The position numbers were made by a program, and so were the translations under genes. A model generated the notes under the pieces. The model was not told the DNA's origin, did not search any database, and worked only from the letters and a program-made list of their open reading frames with translations. DNA of 64,000 nt from a virus: IMG/VR virus record IMGVR_UViG_3300037336_000053, positions 32,001-96,000 of that record; one strand, written 5' to 3'. Position 1 is the first letter of the stretch. Each line of letters begins with the position of its first letter. Of this stretch, positions 35,770-45,727 are shown in pieces.

Positions 35770-36278
35770 TATACTGCCCCCGGTGTTACTGGAGCTGCCA
35801 TTGCTGCTTGATCCGCTGCTTGCGGTTGTTCTTGTGCAGTAATATTATCTAATTCTTCGACCTTATTATATCCGCCATAGATGTCTGCAATTAATTTCTT
35901 AGGCATTTGAATTTTAACTAACCAAATAGGATGACGGTCGAGTTTGCCTTTTTTAGATCCTGGACGAACATCACTAGGATCACGTATTTTACGAGGCTTA
36001 ATAACATAATCTTTGCCCATAAACACTTTACAATCATAATCTAATAGACGTTGTCCGCCCATTGGATCTGGCATCTTGTTACGATCCCACATGAATGTAC
36101 ATGTAATCCAATGACGATCAATAATTGGCCCTTCGGCTACCTCGCCATCCTGCCAATTAGCATAGACGTAAATATCTAATTCGTCTAAGACTCTTTCAAA
36201 ATCTTTTAGTACTTGAAACGAAGTATTACTATCGTAAATGCCTTCGATGTTTTTAACAATGTCATAGATATCTTGCAT
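35769..36278 (-). CDS. hypothetical protein
   Basis: ORF track; preceded by TAAATA and AGGA. Confidence 0.75.
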   Translation of the reverse strand: MQDIYDIVKNIEGIYDSNTSFQVLKDFERVLDELDIYVYANWQDGEVAEGPIIDRHWITCTFMWDRNKMPDPMGGQRLLDYDCKVFMGKDYVIKPRKIRDPSDVRPGSKKGKLDRHPIWLVKIQMPKKLIADIYGGYNKVEELDNITAQEQPQAADQAAMAAPVTPGAV

Positions 36279-36429
36279 GGGTCATCCTATTTCTTACATA
36301 CTTATTTATCGCAGTTTCAGAGTTAACAACTATTTTTACTCAGCGTTCTCGATGCTAAATATCTTTGTAGGGCTAGTGCTTTACTCGAAAGCATACAGTC
36401 TTACTCCATTACTCATAGGAGGAAAATTA

Positions 36430-37173
36430 ATGGGTGCAAAGCGCAAAGTGGCTGTTAAATCTAGACAGCATATTAATACTAATTACGATAACGTAATTAA
36501 CATTAAACCAATGGGACATTCAGTCCAAAAGAAGACGCAAGTCACAATACTTCCCCGTAATAGAAACCAAGAAACATACGTGTTAGCATTGCTAGATCCA
36601 AAGAAAGACATAGTCTTCGGAGTGGGTCCGGCAGGAACAGGCAAAACCATGTTGGCTGTGCAAGTAGCGGTTAAACTATTTAAAGAAGGTGTAGTTGATA
36701 AGATTATCGTTACTAGACCGGCTGTGTCTGTTGACGAAGATCTAGGCTTTTTACCAGGTACATTAGAAGAAAAAATGGCACCATGGACTCGACCGATATT
36801 CGATGTATTGAGAGAGTATTTTCATGCAAAAGAGATAGAAGGGATGATTGCAGAAGGAGTGATTGAAATTGCACCGTTAGCATATATGCGCGGCCGCACA
36901 TTTAAAGATGCGTTTATTTTAGCAGACGAGATGCAAAACGCAACACCAAGTCAGATGAAAATGTTGCTTACACGCTTAGGCACAGGTTCAATGATGGCAG
37001 TAACAGGCGATCTAAATCAGGCAGATAGGCTTAAGGATAATGGTCTATTAGATTTTACTAGACTATTAGAAGCACGTAACTCAGAACGTTTGGACGTAGT
37101 CCAGTTTGCAACAGGAGATATCGAAAGACACCAAGCAGTTAGAGAAGTCCTCAGAGTATATGGAGACGAATAA
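36430..37173 (+). CDS. phoH: PhoH-family ATPase
   Basis: GPAGTGKT, IIVTRPAV, GFLPGTLEEKMAPW, APLAYMRGRTF, DEMQN and LTRLG; start after AGGAGG at 36430. Confidence 0.95.
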   Translation: MGAKRKVAVKSRQHINTNYDNVINIKPMGHSVQKKTQVTILPRNRNQETYVLALLDPKKDIVFGVGPAGTGKTMLAVQVAVKLFKEGVVDKIIVTRPAVSVDEDLGFLPGTLEEKMAPWTRPIFDVLREYFHAKEIEGMIAEGVIEIAPLAYMRGRTFKDAFILADEMQNATPSQMKMLLTRLGTGSMMAVTGDLNQADRLKDNGLLDFTRLLEARNSERLDVVQFATGDIERHQAVREVLRVYGDE

Positions 37174-37186
37174 TTAAAGACTAGTA

Positions 37187-37212
37187 ATAGGGGACTTTAA
37201 TTAGTCCCCTAT
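37187..37212. terminator. probable bidirectional intrinsic terminator between convergent phoH and dCMP deaminase
   Basis: Perfect 10-bp stem ATAGGGGACT/AGTCCCCTAT with loop TTAATT. Confidence 0.75.
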
Positions 37213-37635
37213 CTTTATGACCTCAACGTCAGACTTTGCTAGAAAGTCAATACCGTCTGTGTTACGATAAGCATTACGATAGTATACAGTAACTATTCCA
37301 CTTTGATATATCAGTTTGGCACAATCCATACAAGGAGCATGCGTAATAAACATAGTTGCACCCGCCCCACTTTCACTACTTTTAGCTAACTTTGTAATTG
37401 CATTACTTTCTGCGTGAATTACTTCAGGTTTAGTTTTTAATACCGGCTCGTTTTTATGTACACCAATTATATTTTCACAATTATTATCCCATCCACTAGG
37501 CATTCCATTATATCCAATACTTGAAATACGATCATCTTTAACAACAATAGCACCAACTTGTAAACGTGTTGCTGAACTTAGCTGTGCAAACCGTTCTGCA
37601 ACATCCATAAATGCCGCGATAAATTTAGTTTTCAT
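37201..37635 (-). CDS. dCMP deaminase
   Basis: GYNGMPSG, HAESNAI and PCMDCAKLI. Confidence 0.93.
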   Translation of the reverse strand: MKTKFIAAFMDVAERFAQLSSATRLQVGAIVVKDDRISSIGYNGMPSGWDNNCENIIGVHKNEPVLKTKPEVIHAESNAITKLAKSSESGAGATMFITHAPCMDCAKLIYQSGIVTVYYRNAYRNTDGIDFLAKSDVEVIKIGD

Positions 37636-37862
37636 TTAATGTATTTGTCCACTAGTTTCTTGCCAATGTATAAAACTGCTATTACTGTCATTAAAATTCC
37701 TGCCTCTAGGTATAAGTTTCCTGTACTGCTGTCTACTGCAATGCCGTCTGTGCTTATTTCTATGCGACAGTCTTCACATGCTCCTGCTGCTATTTTTTCT
37801 AATCGTTCACTCATTTTAATAATTCCAGTAGATATTCGTTCTTTGTAAAAATATAATCCCAA
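37632..37862 (-). CDS. small membrane protein (start probably MSERLEK)
   Basis: C-terminal TM segment. Confidence 0.5.
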   Translation of the reverse strand: MGLYFYKERISTGIIKMSERLEKIAAGACEDCRIEISTDGIAVDSSTGNLYLEAGILMTVIAVLYIGKKLVDKYIK

Positions 37863-38035
37863 TTAAGCCTGTATATAGGAGGCTTACCGTTATCGTCGTG
37901 GTATGTACGTCTAATGTAATAATATGTTAGCCACACCCGCTTCTTACTACTAGATACTACAGGCATCCAAGCAAACTTCTTTTCAATTCTATATTGGTCA
38001 GGAAGGTTGCTGCCGTTTTTACCGTGCCCCATCAT
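37811..38035 (-). CDS. hypothetical protein
   Basis: KFAWMPV...VWLTYYY motif. Confidence 0.6.
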   Translation of the reverse strand: MMGHGKNGSNLPDQYRIEKKFAWMPVVSSSKKRVWLTYYYIRRTYHDDNGKPPIYRLNWDYIFTKNEYLLELLK

Positions 38036-39174
38036 TTTAGGATATCAACAATAGTGTATGCAAGTTGACGGAACCAATGTTCATCGTGACCACGAGTAGT
38101 TTCTGCGGCTGTGCCAATTCGGATACCGCTGGTCTCTACAAAGCTGCGAGGATCATTTGGAATACCGTTCTTGTTCACTGTGATATCATTTGCTTCCAAT
38201 AAGTCAGCAGCAGCCCGACCACTGTGCTTGCTGTTACTCAAATCCATCAGAATAACGTGCGAATCAGTGCCACCTGTTTGTACACTACAGCCTTCTTTAA
38301 CAAACACATCACACATTGCTTGTGCGTTGCGTACAACAGCATGTGCATAGTCTTTGAACTCTTGCGTATCGGCTTCGATAAAGCACTGTGCTTTAGCTGC
38401 AATGATATGCATTAGTGGGCCGCCTTGTGTACCTGGGAATATAGCACTATTAATCTTCTTAGTAAGTGTTTCATTATTCCAAAGTATAATGCCGCCGCGT
38501 GGGCCACGCAGTGTCTTGTGTGTAGTTGATGTAACTACATCGGCAAATGGCACAGGATTAGGATACGCACCGCCGGCAATGAGTCCACTGTAGTGTGCCA
38601 TATCAATCACAAGGTAAGCACCTACACTGTCTGCGATCTCACGGAACTTTGCCCAATCAATTACTCTAGGATACGCACTAGCCCCGGCTACAATAACATG
38701 CGGACGCACATCAAACGCTTGTGCTTGAACAGCATCATAGTCTAGGTATCCGTTAGCACCAACACCGTAAGCATAGCAGTCGTATATCTTGCCTGAGATA
38801 TTAGGTTTGCTACCGTGCGATAAGTGTCCACCACTGGCTAAGTCCATACCCAGTAAACGATCGCCGGGATGCATCAATGCTTGATATACTGCTGTGTTGG
38901 CATTAGCACCGCTGTGCGGTTGCACGTTAGCAAATTTTGCACCGTATAGCTTGCACAGTGTATCAATAGCAAGTTGCTCAACTTCGTCCATGTTATCGCA
39001 GCCGTTATAATAACGCTTGCCCGGATAACCTTCTGCATACTTGTTGGTTAGTATGCTGCCACACAACTGCATTACTTCATCGCTGGCAAAGTTTTCACTT
39101 GCAATAAGTTCTACTGTTGAGTTTTGTCGAATCTCTTCATTCAACAAAATATTTTTAATTCGTGTGTCAATCAT
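38032..39174 (-). CDS. glyA: serine hydroxymethyltransferase
   Basis: LIASEN, NKYAEGYPGKRYY, GGHLSHG, TTTHKTLRGPRGG and FPGTQGGP. Confidence 0.97.
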   Translation of the reverse strand: MIDTRIKNILLNEEIRQNSTVELIASENFASDEVMQLCGSILTNKYAEGYPGKRYYNGCDNMDEVEQLAIDTLCKLYGAKFANVQPHSGANANTAVYQALMHPGDRLLGMDLASGGHLSHGSKPNISGKIYDCYAYGVGANGYLDYDAVQAQAFDVRPHVIVAGASAYPRVIDWAKFREIADSVGAYLVIDMAHYSGLIAGGAYPNPVPFADVVTSTTHKTLRGPRGGIILWNNETLTKKINSAIFPGTQGGPLMHIIAAKAQCFIEADTQEFKDYAHAVVRNAQAMCDVFVKEGCSVQTGGTDSHVILMDLSNSKHSGRAAADLLEANDITVNKNGIPNDPRSFVETSGIRIGTAAETTRGHDEHWFRQLAYTIVDILK

Positions 39175-40427
39175 CTGTAATCCTTAATTAATTTAGTTAG
39201 TCTCACAGCAGTTGCAGGACTCAGTGTCCAACCTAAGTGGCCATGTCCAGTGTGGTAAAACACTCTGGGGTTATTCTTACTCCGCTCTACAATAGGCATC
39301 ATGTCTGGTGTCATAGGACGTAGACACGCCCACGGGGAATAGTCATGTGTATTAATCTTGGGAAAGTTAGTATGCACCCAATCCAACAGCGGTTTAATAC
39401 GATCATGCCGTATATCATAGTTCTCACCAGTTAGTTCGGCAGTTCCAGCAACACGGAATCTTCTACCCAATGTACTGGTCACAATCTTTGCTTGATCGTC
39501 TAACAAACTGGTTTGTGGTGTGTGTGCATAACTTTCGTCATCTAAATTGATTGTGATGCTGTATCCTTTTACTGGATAGACATCGATTGTGTCTCCTGCC
39601 GTTTTAGCAAGTTCTACACTTCCTACACCACTACTAATCACAATAACATCATAGTGTGATAAGGTATTCACATGTTTAACTTTATCACCAAACTCGAACC
39701 TAACTCCGTATTTGGTTTTCAATACTTTAGACAGTTCAGTACAGAACTTGTGTATATCTCCTACCCAGTCATCTTTGGTCCAAACACCGCCAACTAACTC
39801 GCCATCATTTTGTAATGTAGGTTCAAGCTCGTGCATCTTGTATGGAGATACTATCTGCCACTGACAACCATTTGCTTCATACAGTTCTGTTACAGATTCA
39901 GCGTCTGCAAAATATTTGTCGTCTTTGTAGAAGTGTAGGATACCCCGGAAACTCTGATCAAACTCTATACCTTCTTCAGCAATGATCTCTCTATATAGAT
40001 CACGTGAACGCATACCCATCTGGATAGTTTCGGCAGTGTTCCTTTCATACTGGTTGGTGATGGTGTTCCACATGAACTTTGCCATCCAACGGATTTTCGC
40101 CCATTCAAACGTCGGGCGAATCAACAGTGGAGCATCCTTCTTGAACATCCACTTGATGCCTTTGGCCACGTTACCCCACGTTGTCCAGACTTCGCTATTG
40201 CTAACACTTACTTGTCCACCATTGGCAAAACTGGTCTTCATTGCAGGATAACGCTCTTGTTCGTAAACAGTTACTTTATGCCCTGCCTTGGCAAGATAAT
40301 ATGCTGCCAACACTCCGCTGATACCAGCGCCGACTACTACAATATTTTTAACCACTATATTACTCTCAGGTGTATTCCAAATGTCTCGATTATTATCTAT
40401 ACGAGATCGTTCTATCAAATTTATCAT
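39171..40427 (-). CDS. dadA: FAD-dependent D-amino acid dehydrogenase (DadA-like)
   Basis: GAGISG, TSFANGGQ, PVKGYS, RVAGTAE, WACLRPMTPD and TGHGHLGWT. Confidence 0.85.
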   Translation of the reverse strand: MINLIERSRIDNNRDIWNTPESNIVVKNIVVVGAGISGVLAAYYLAKAGHKVTVYEQERYPAMKTSFANGGQVSVSNSEVWTTWGNVAKGIKWMFKKDAPLLIRPTFEWAKIRWMAKFMWNTITNQYERNTAETIQMGMRSRDLYREIIAEEGIEFDQSFRGILHFYKDDKYFADAESVTELYEANGCQWQIVSPYKMHELEPTLQNDGELVGGVWTKDDWVGDIHKFCTELSKVLKTKYGVRFEFGDKVKHVNTLSHYDVIVISSGVGSVELAKTAGDTIDVYPVKGYSITINLDDESYAHTPQTSLLDDQAKIVTSTLGRRFRVAGTAELTGENYDIRHDRIKPLLDWVHTNFPKINTHDYSPWACLRPMTPDMMPIVERSKNNPRVFYHTGHGHLGWTLSPATAVRLTKLIKDYR

Positions 40428-40458
40428 GCAACGATAAGTTTACTGTCTATAATGTTAC

Positions 40459-41301
40459 TTATATCGCCATCGGAGCCTTAATTGAATCCATTGGCGTATA
40501 GTTAATTAACTTATACCCACTTGTGTTAGTAGCAAGCAATTCATCCAATGTATTAAATGCAGGCATAAGCAAATGCGGTTCCTGCATTGGCGTGCGAGTA
40601 AGTTGTTGATTGACTTGTTCCATATGATTTTTATAGATATGACAATCTCCACCGCTCCATACAAAATCGCCTACTTGTAGTTCGCAAATTTGTGCAAGCA
40701 TGTGTGTAAGCAAACTGTAGCTGGCAATATTAAACGGTACGCCAAGGAACATGTCTGCACTACGCTGATACATCTGGCAGTGTAGTTTGCCATTCATTAC
40801 GCGGAACTGACTTAGTGTGTGACAAGGAGGAAGTGCCATACGATCAATTTCACTAGCATTCCACGCACTGAGAATTAAACGCCTGCTGTTAGGATTTGTT
40901 TTAATGTCTTTGATAAGCCCAGCAATTTGATCTACACCATTAAAGTTGCGCCATTGGTAACCATATACTGGTCCAAGTTCGCCGTCTGCATAACCTAGTG
41001 CTTTACCTTGTGCATTAGCATTAGCAGTCCAAATAGTTGTCTTATCTGTAAGTTCCTCACGGGGCTTTTCAAACGTGCGTTCAGCAAGCCTTCGCTCGTC
41101 TGTGCTACCTTCCAAGAACCATAGCAACTCGCCGACTACACTACGCCAGGCAAGTTTCTTTGTAGTAACAGCAGGAAATCCATCCTGCAAATTAAAACGC
41201 ATCTGATAACCAAACACACTGCGTGTACCTATTCCTGTGCGATCACTAACATTTTCACCGTTAGCTAAAATGTATTCAAGAGCGTCTAAATATTGTTTCA
41301 T
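40459..41301 (-). CDS. thyA: thymidylate synthase
   Basis: DRTGIGT, ELLWFLEG, GPVYGYQWR, ALPPCH, YQRSADMFLGVPFNIASY. Confidence 0.97.
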   Translation of the reverse strand: MKQYLDALEYILANGENVSDRTGIGTRSVFGYQMRFNLQDGFPAVTTKKLAWRSVVGELLWFLEGSTDERRLAERTFEKPREELTDKTTIWTANANAQGKALGYADGELGPVYGYQWRNFNGVDQIAGLIKDIKTNPNSRRLILSAWNASEIDRMALPPCHTLSQFRVMNGKLHCQMYQRSADMFLGVPFNIASYSLLTHMLAQICELQVGDFVWSGGDCHIYKNHMEQVNQQLTRTPMQEPHLLMPAFNTLDELLATNTSGYKLINYTPMDSIKAPMAI

Positions 41302-41765
41302 TTTCTAACCCATTTCTCAACATAAATGTCAGTTTCTGGGCTTACGCTGTCAAGATCAAACTGTTCTAAAATTTTAGTACCTGGAAGGCTAACGTCACAA
41401 TCGTATTCGCCTTCAATACGGCTAAGCCATAGCTCGTCAATGATATCCAAACAGTGTTCAATTAACTGCCCCCCACCAATGATCCAAACTGGATGCTCAA
41501 GGTTTAAGTCTACAATTTGTTGTTTAACCCCTTGTCCAAATGTATATGTTGCACCTTCCACTTTAGTAGAACTTACAACTATGTTTTGTCGACCCGGCAA
41601 CGGTTTAACAGGCAAACTATTCCAAGTATTACGCCCCATAACAATTGCTTGTCCGTAGGTCATTTTCTTAAACCATTGTAGGTCTGCACGATTATGCAGC
41701 CACGGCATATCACCGTTCTTGCCAATGCCCCAATTTTCGTCACATGCTAGAATTGCTCTAATCAT
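41298..41765 (-). CDS. folA: dihydrofolate reductase
   Basis: GIGKNGDMPW, DLQWFK, VMGRNTW, PLPGRQNIV and IIGGG. Confidence 0.93.
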   Translation of the reverse strand: MIRAILACDENWGIGKNGDMPWLHNRADLQWFKKMTYGQAIVMGRNTWNSLPVKPLPGRQNIVVSSTKVEGATYTFGQGVKQQIVDLNLEHPVWIIGGGQLIEHCLDIIDELWLSRIEGEYDCDVSLPGTKILEQFDLDSVSPETDIYVEKWVRK

Positions 41766-41766
41766 A

Positions 41767-41994
41767 TTAATTTCCTTTTAAATCTTCTATTCTTTGTTGC
41801 AACCAACTAATAGTAGTATGTATATGACCGGTATCATGCGGCTGCAATTGAGATTTAGCGTATTCAACTTCGCTCTCTAGAATTTCTATTCGCATTAAAC
41901 TGTGAATTAAATCCTTATTAGACATTACCTTTACCTGGTGTTTCACTAAAGTGATTTTCAAACTTGTTTCCAATGCCGTTCCATTCAGCAGCAT
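41767..41994 (-). CDS. hypothetical coiled-coil protein (start probably MSNKDL)
   Basis: ORF track. Confidence 0.55.
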   Translation of the reverse strand: MLLNGTALETSLKITLVKHQVKVMSNKDLIHSLMRIEILESEVEYAKSQLQPHDTGHIHTTISWLQQRIEDLKGN

Positions 41995-42277
41995 CTAAAG
42001 GAACATCTTCAGGACGTACTTGGGTAATTACGGGCCAAAGATTACTATACTTACGATTAATTTCTTCCCATTTAAACTGTTCGCCTACATCTCTAAAAGT
42101 ATTATCGGCTACAATTGCATCAACCGGGCATTCAGGTTCACAAACACCGCAGTCGATGCATTCGTCTGGATTGATAACCAACATGTTTTCACCTTCGTAG
42201 AAACAATCTACTGGACATACACTTACACAATCCATGTGTTTACATTTAATACAATTGTCAGTAACTAAATATGTCAT
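41918..42277 (-). CDS. fdxA: 7Fe ferredoxin, FdxA type
   Basis: [21 protein letters not shown]...[12 protein letters not shown]. Confidence 0.92.
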   Translation of the reverse strand: MTYLVTDNCIKCKHMDCVSVCPVDCFYEGENMLVINPDECIDCGVCEPECPVDAIVADNTFRDVGEQFKWEEINRKYSNLWPVITQVRPEDVPLDAAEWNGIGNKFENHFSETPGKGNV

Positions 42278-43191
42278 TATAGTCGTCCTAACCTTATGAG
42301 CGTGGCTGCAAGATTTATCTCTGCATCAGCAACCAATGCATGATCTACAAGACCTTGCTTAATAGTTAGCACGGCATTATCTTGTTGTTCATCGTTTCCG
42401 AACAGTTCAACATTGTCATACAGCCAACGATAAATCTCTTCCATTTCTTCTGGTCGAACTGCACCACAAAGTAATTTACGTGCATCATTAATCTTACCTT
42501 GTTTAAATAACTCAACCATATCTAGTTTCCAGTCACTATTTCCAGTATCACCTTCATTAGGACGAAGTAAACTACCTTCTTGTACATTCATCTGTACCAT
42601 ATTGATACATTTGCGCAAGTCTGGATATGTTGCCTTTACATAAGTGTCTAAGATATCCAAATCTGGAATAACACCTTCTGTAATAAGAATCTCTGCTACG
42701 CGAGCAGTAAACTCAGTCTGGTCAATTTTAGCAATATGAAAGCCCTGGCAACGACTATGGATAGCTGGAATAATTCTGTTAGGATAGTTACAAGTTAAAA
42801 TAAACCTTGCTGTGCTGTGATATTCTTCCATAACACCACGCAATGCTGCTTGTGCGCCAGGACTCAAATAATCAGCCTCGTCAAGTAGCACAACTTTAAA
42901 GTCACCAAACGGAATCATTTGTACAAAGTTGACAATCTTATTACGAACATCATCTACTGAGTTAGTACGCGATGCGTTAATTTCTAATACGTCTAAGTCA
43001 TTCAGATCAAGTTCGTTAAACAGCAGTTTGGCAAGTGTAGTTTTACCAATACCTGCGTTACCGCTGAATAGCAAATGCGGAATAGTTTTATCTTTAATCC
43101 AAGTGTTTACTTGCTTACGTTGTGCCTCATCTCGAAACACATAACCGTCAACTGTTTTAGGACGGTATTTTTCTACCCATAGTTCTTTCAT
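42277..43191 (-). CDS. clamp loader AAA+ subunit (gp44/RFC small subunit-like)
   Basis: [29 protein letters not shown] and DLRK. Confidence 0.92.
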   Translation of the reverse strand: MKELWVEKYRPKTVDGYVFRDEAQRKQVNTWIKDKTIPHLLFSGNAGIGKTTLAKLLFNELDLNDLDVLEINASRTNSVDDVRNKIVNFVQMIPFGDFKVVLLDEADYLSPGAQAALRGVMEEYHSTARFILTCNYPNRIIPAIHSRCQGFHIAKIDQTEFTARVAEILITEGVIPDLDILDTYVKATYPDLRKCINMVQMNVQEGSLLRPNEGDTGNSDWKLDMVELFKQGKINDARKLLCGAVRPEEMEEIYRWLYDNVELFGNDEQQDNAVLTIKQGLVDHALVADAEINLAATLIRLGRL

Positions 43192-43463
43192 TTGATTAAC
43201 TCACTCCATATCTTTAATTTGTTACGCTTAGTATCTATTCTAGCATCAATCTCGGCTTTTGTCAAGAGTCCACTTTCAATCATTAGATTTATCATACACT
43301 GAACATCGCCAACTTCTTCAAGTAGTAGCACACGCTGTTCTTCTGTAACTTCTTCGAGTGTTTCGAACTTACGAATAATCTTGCTACAGCGTTGTGCGAG
43401 TTCACCACATTCTTCCATAGTAAGAACCATAAGCTCTTGTAGTTTGTTTAGTGTACCTGGCAT
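43188..43463 (-). CDS. MazG-like nucleotide pyrophosphohydrolase
   Basis: MEECGEL and EEVGDV. Confidence 0.75.
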   Translation of the reverse strand: MPGTLNKLQELMVLTMEECGELAQRCSKIIRKFETLEEVTEEQRVLLLEEVGDVQCMINLMIESGLLTKAEIDARIDTKRNKLKIWSELIK

Positions 43464-43999
43464 TAGCGTTTTAGTCCTAATTCTTTGTAAGCAATTTGAA
43501 TTGCTTTAGATTGAAAGTATGCATCTGCTAATGCATTATGCAGATCAGTCTGCATGCTTTTACGTGGATCCTGTTGGCAACAGCCAAAAAGCGTTCTAGA
43601 ATCCCGTATAATCCAGAAGTTCCACGGAATCGGCTTTGCAGCGCGGCGGAACATGTCTTCCAGTATGGTATAGTCAAAACCGTAACCTTGTCCCCATAAT
43701 GTATCAACACCAACGACCCACTTGTTAACTTGACGTAAAGCCTCATCTACGCTAACTGCACCAGTCTGATCAAATGCTTCTTCCATAATCTTAGGATCTT
43801 GTTTGCCCCACCACTCAATAGTGCTGTCACTAGCAGTACGCCCAAGAGTATCTTGCTCGTCAATGCTAATTTTTAGGTAAAGTTCTGAGTGAGGTTCGCT
43901 GTCATCTAGCGGATTAAACTTAACTGCACCTAGCGACAGGACAGTTGCAGTTGGACTAGTATCAATAGTCTCTAGGTCGATAGTGCCGTGTGTAGCCAA
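43463..43999 (-). CDS. 3'-5' exonuclease (DEDDh, DexA-like)
   Basis: IDLET, WGQGYGFDYTIL and HNALADA. Confidence 0.85.
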   Translation of the reverse strand: MATHGTIDLETIDTSPTATVLSLGAVKFNPLDDSEPHSELYLKISIDEQDTLGRTASDSTIEWWGKQDPKIMEEAFDQTGAVSVDEALRQVNKWVVGVDTLWGQGYGFDYTILEDMFRRAAKPIPWNFWIIRDSRTLFGCCQQDPRKSMQTDLHNALADAYFQSKAIQIAYKELGLKR

Positions 44000-44025
44000 A
44001 AGAAAACTCCTTAATTATTATATAC

Positions 44026-44054
44026 ATTATAGCATATAGCAACTAAGGAGTCAA
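44026..44054 (-). promoter_or_regulatory. sigma70 promoter
   Basis: TTGACT(44054-44049)-17-TATAAT(44031-44026). Confidence 0.75.
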
Positions 44055-44057
44055 GTA

Positions 44058-44414
44058 TTATTTTACAAATTGTGCAAGGTTTGGCGGCACCCAATCCGGG
44101 CCTTTTAATACTTTCCCGTCTGCACGTTTGATTACTTTGCCTGTTGTAGGGTCTACTTTAGCAAAGTTAGTACGCATTACTTCGTTCCAAGCTGCTTCGC
44201 CATCCCACCCTGCTGCTCTAATAGCACCAATAGTAACAACTAGTATATCTACAAGTGCATCAAGTTGTTCTACGCTATCACCTGCAATAATGGCATCTTT
44301 TAGTTCGCCTGTTTCTTCTGAAATCAAATCAAGATACATGACATAGTTGTCAATGCTAGGTGTTTGATCACATGCGGTTTGAAATAAGTCAACGTCTTTA
44401 AATGGATTTGTCAA
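44058..44414 (-). CDS. all-alpha NTP pyrophosphohydrolase (MazG/PRA-PH-like)
   Basis: LISEETGEL, DALVDILVV, EVMRTNFAK and DGKVLKG. Confidence 0.8.
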   Translation of the reverse strand: MTNPFKDVDLFQTACDQTPSIDNYVMYLDLISEETGELKDAIIAGDSVEQLDALVDILVVTIGAIRAAGWDGEAAWNEVMRTNFAKVDPTTGKVIKRADGKVLKGPDWVPPNLAQFVK

Positions 44415-44423
44415 TTTTAACTC

Positions 44424-44834
44424 TTAATATTGTGGATTTATAAATGAACCGGGGTCCACAGTAGCATGGGCGCCGTCTGTATATTCTGCTCCAATATAGA
44501 TGTCGTTTGGTTTCTCTTCAGAATACCCAATAACACTTTCGGTTTCTACCATACGTAATTCTACTTCGCCGTCTGGGGTTTCTACGGTAAAGGCTCTAGT
44601 CCAACGACCGTGTTCGATTAGAATCCAATGACCGATATTATAATCATCTTTATTACGTGGTCCCTTTGAATAAACTTTAGCCCAACGTGGATAAATTCCA
44701 CGTGTAGTGCCGTCGTCGTCTTTAATGATTAGTCCACCTGTAGTCTTTTGTTCACCAAAATACATATCTGATACAATTACACGATTGCCCACTGCAAGCG
44801 GCGTGCCTTTAATTTTGCTTAATTGAATAGCCAT
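44424..44834 (-). CDS. groES: GroES-like co-chaperonin
   Basis: GNRVIV, mobile loop EQKTTGGLII, V...GP and IGHWIL. Confidence 0.8.
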   Translation of the reverse strand: MAIQLSKIKGTPLAVGNRVIVSDMYFGEQKTTGGLIIKDDDGTTRGIYPRWAKVYSKGPRNKDDYNIGHWILIEHGRWTRAFTVETPDGEVELRMVETESVIGYSEEKPNDIYIGAEYTDGAHATVDPGSFINPQY

Positions 44835-45142
44835 TATTTACCTTTTTGTACAAAGTTGCCTGCGCTATCTTCTTCCCAATCGGCCGCTTCTGCTGCCGTG
44901 GGTTGATTTTTTGCTACAGATTGTTCTTCTCTTACACCTGGATTAGATTGGTAGTAGTCTTTGAGAAGTTCTTCTTTCTTGCGAACGATTTTACCACCTG
45001 TACCAAGCTGATCGCCGCGTGCATTTACACGAGCATTACCTACTGCTGGTATTAGTTCATTGCGTTGACGTAGCATATCCATGTCAACAATTTTGCCGTT
45101 AGCGCTTCTGTGGACTTTACGTCCTGGTTGTTTCATTGCCAT
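44834..45142 (-). CDS. hypothetical protein
   Basis: ORF with AGGAGG and a TAAGTA motif upstream. Confidence 0.75.
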   Translation of the reverse strand: MAMKQPGRKVHRSANGKIVDMDMLRQRNELIPAVGNARVNARGDQLGTGGKIVRKKEELLKDYYQSNPGVREEQSVAKNQPTAAEAADWEEDSAGNFVQKGK

Positions 45143-45170
45143 TTTAATAGCCTCCTAGTTATATACTTAC

Positions 45171-45692
45171 TTATCTCAGGAACTCTCTCCAATCCAGGTC
45201 ATATTGGATTGAATCTATTTTATGAACCCCAATAAGAAATAAAACGTAGGAACTGACGCTGCTGCCGCGGCCTACACCCCAAACGATATTATTCTCACGC
45301 ATAAAGTCCACAAGATACTTCATGTAGCATAACAGTGGCAACATTCCACGTTCGTCAAATGCATCAAACTCTTGTGTCAAACGTTTCTTTTTTTCTATAG
45401 TATCGCATTGCGCTAAACAAAAGTCATAGATAGGATATGTTTTATATTCATCAGGCATGAACCATTCCGACTGTAACGCACCGTCAAAAGTCTTTTGGTC
45501 TACATCTAGAGGAATATATTTTGTAAGTTCAGGGAGATATTGTTCACGCATTGCTGCGTTAAACTTTTCTATATCATCTGAAGGATCACATAGTACTACA
45601 TGACACTTGTCAACATGACCACTATAGATCATATCAACGAGGTCGCAATTAGTAAAGCGTGGAATACCTAGTTCATCTGTTTTCATAAGCAT
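45171..45692 (-). CDS. stand-alone fragment homologous to DNA polymerase III alpha (DnaE)
   Basis: YLVDFMRENNIVWGVGRGSSVSSYVLFLIGVHKIDSIQYDL..REFL aligns with DnaE VGPGRGSAAGSLVAY.LGIT.LDP..Y.LLFERFL. Confidence 0.75.
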   Translation of the reverse strand: MLMKTDELGIPRFTNCDLVDMIYSGHVDKCHVVLCDPSDDIEKFNAAMREQYLPELTKYIPLDVDQKTFDGALQSEWFMPDEYKTYPIYDFCLAQCDTIEKKKRLTQEFDAFDERGMLPLLCYMKYLVDFMRENNIVWGVGRGSSVSSYVLFLIGVHKIDSIQYDLDWREFLR

Positions 45693-45698
45693 GTTAAC

Positions 45699-45727
45699 AG
45701 TTTAACTGATATTGATTAAACTGTCAA
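45699..45727 (-). promoter_or_regulatory. sigma70 promoter, probably leaderless
   Basis: TTGACA(45727-45722)-17-TAAACT(45704-45699); ATG 6 nt downstream. Confidence 0.65.

Noticed and set aside
25963-44834. Bacterial chromosome origin suggested by housekeeping genes (clpA, def, glyA, thyA, iscU, fdxA)
   Set aside because: These genes are interspersed with baseplate/fibre genes, spanins, PolB, a gp44/45-like clamp system and homing endonucleases, in dense phage-style operons.
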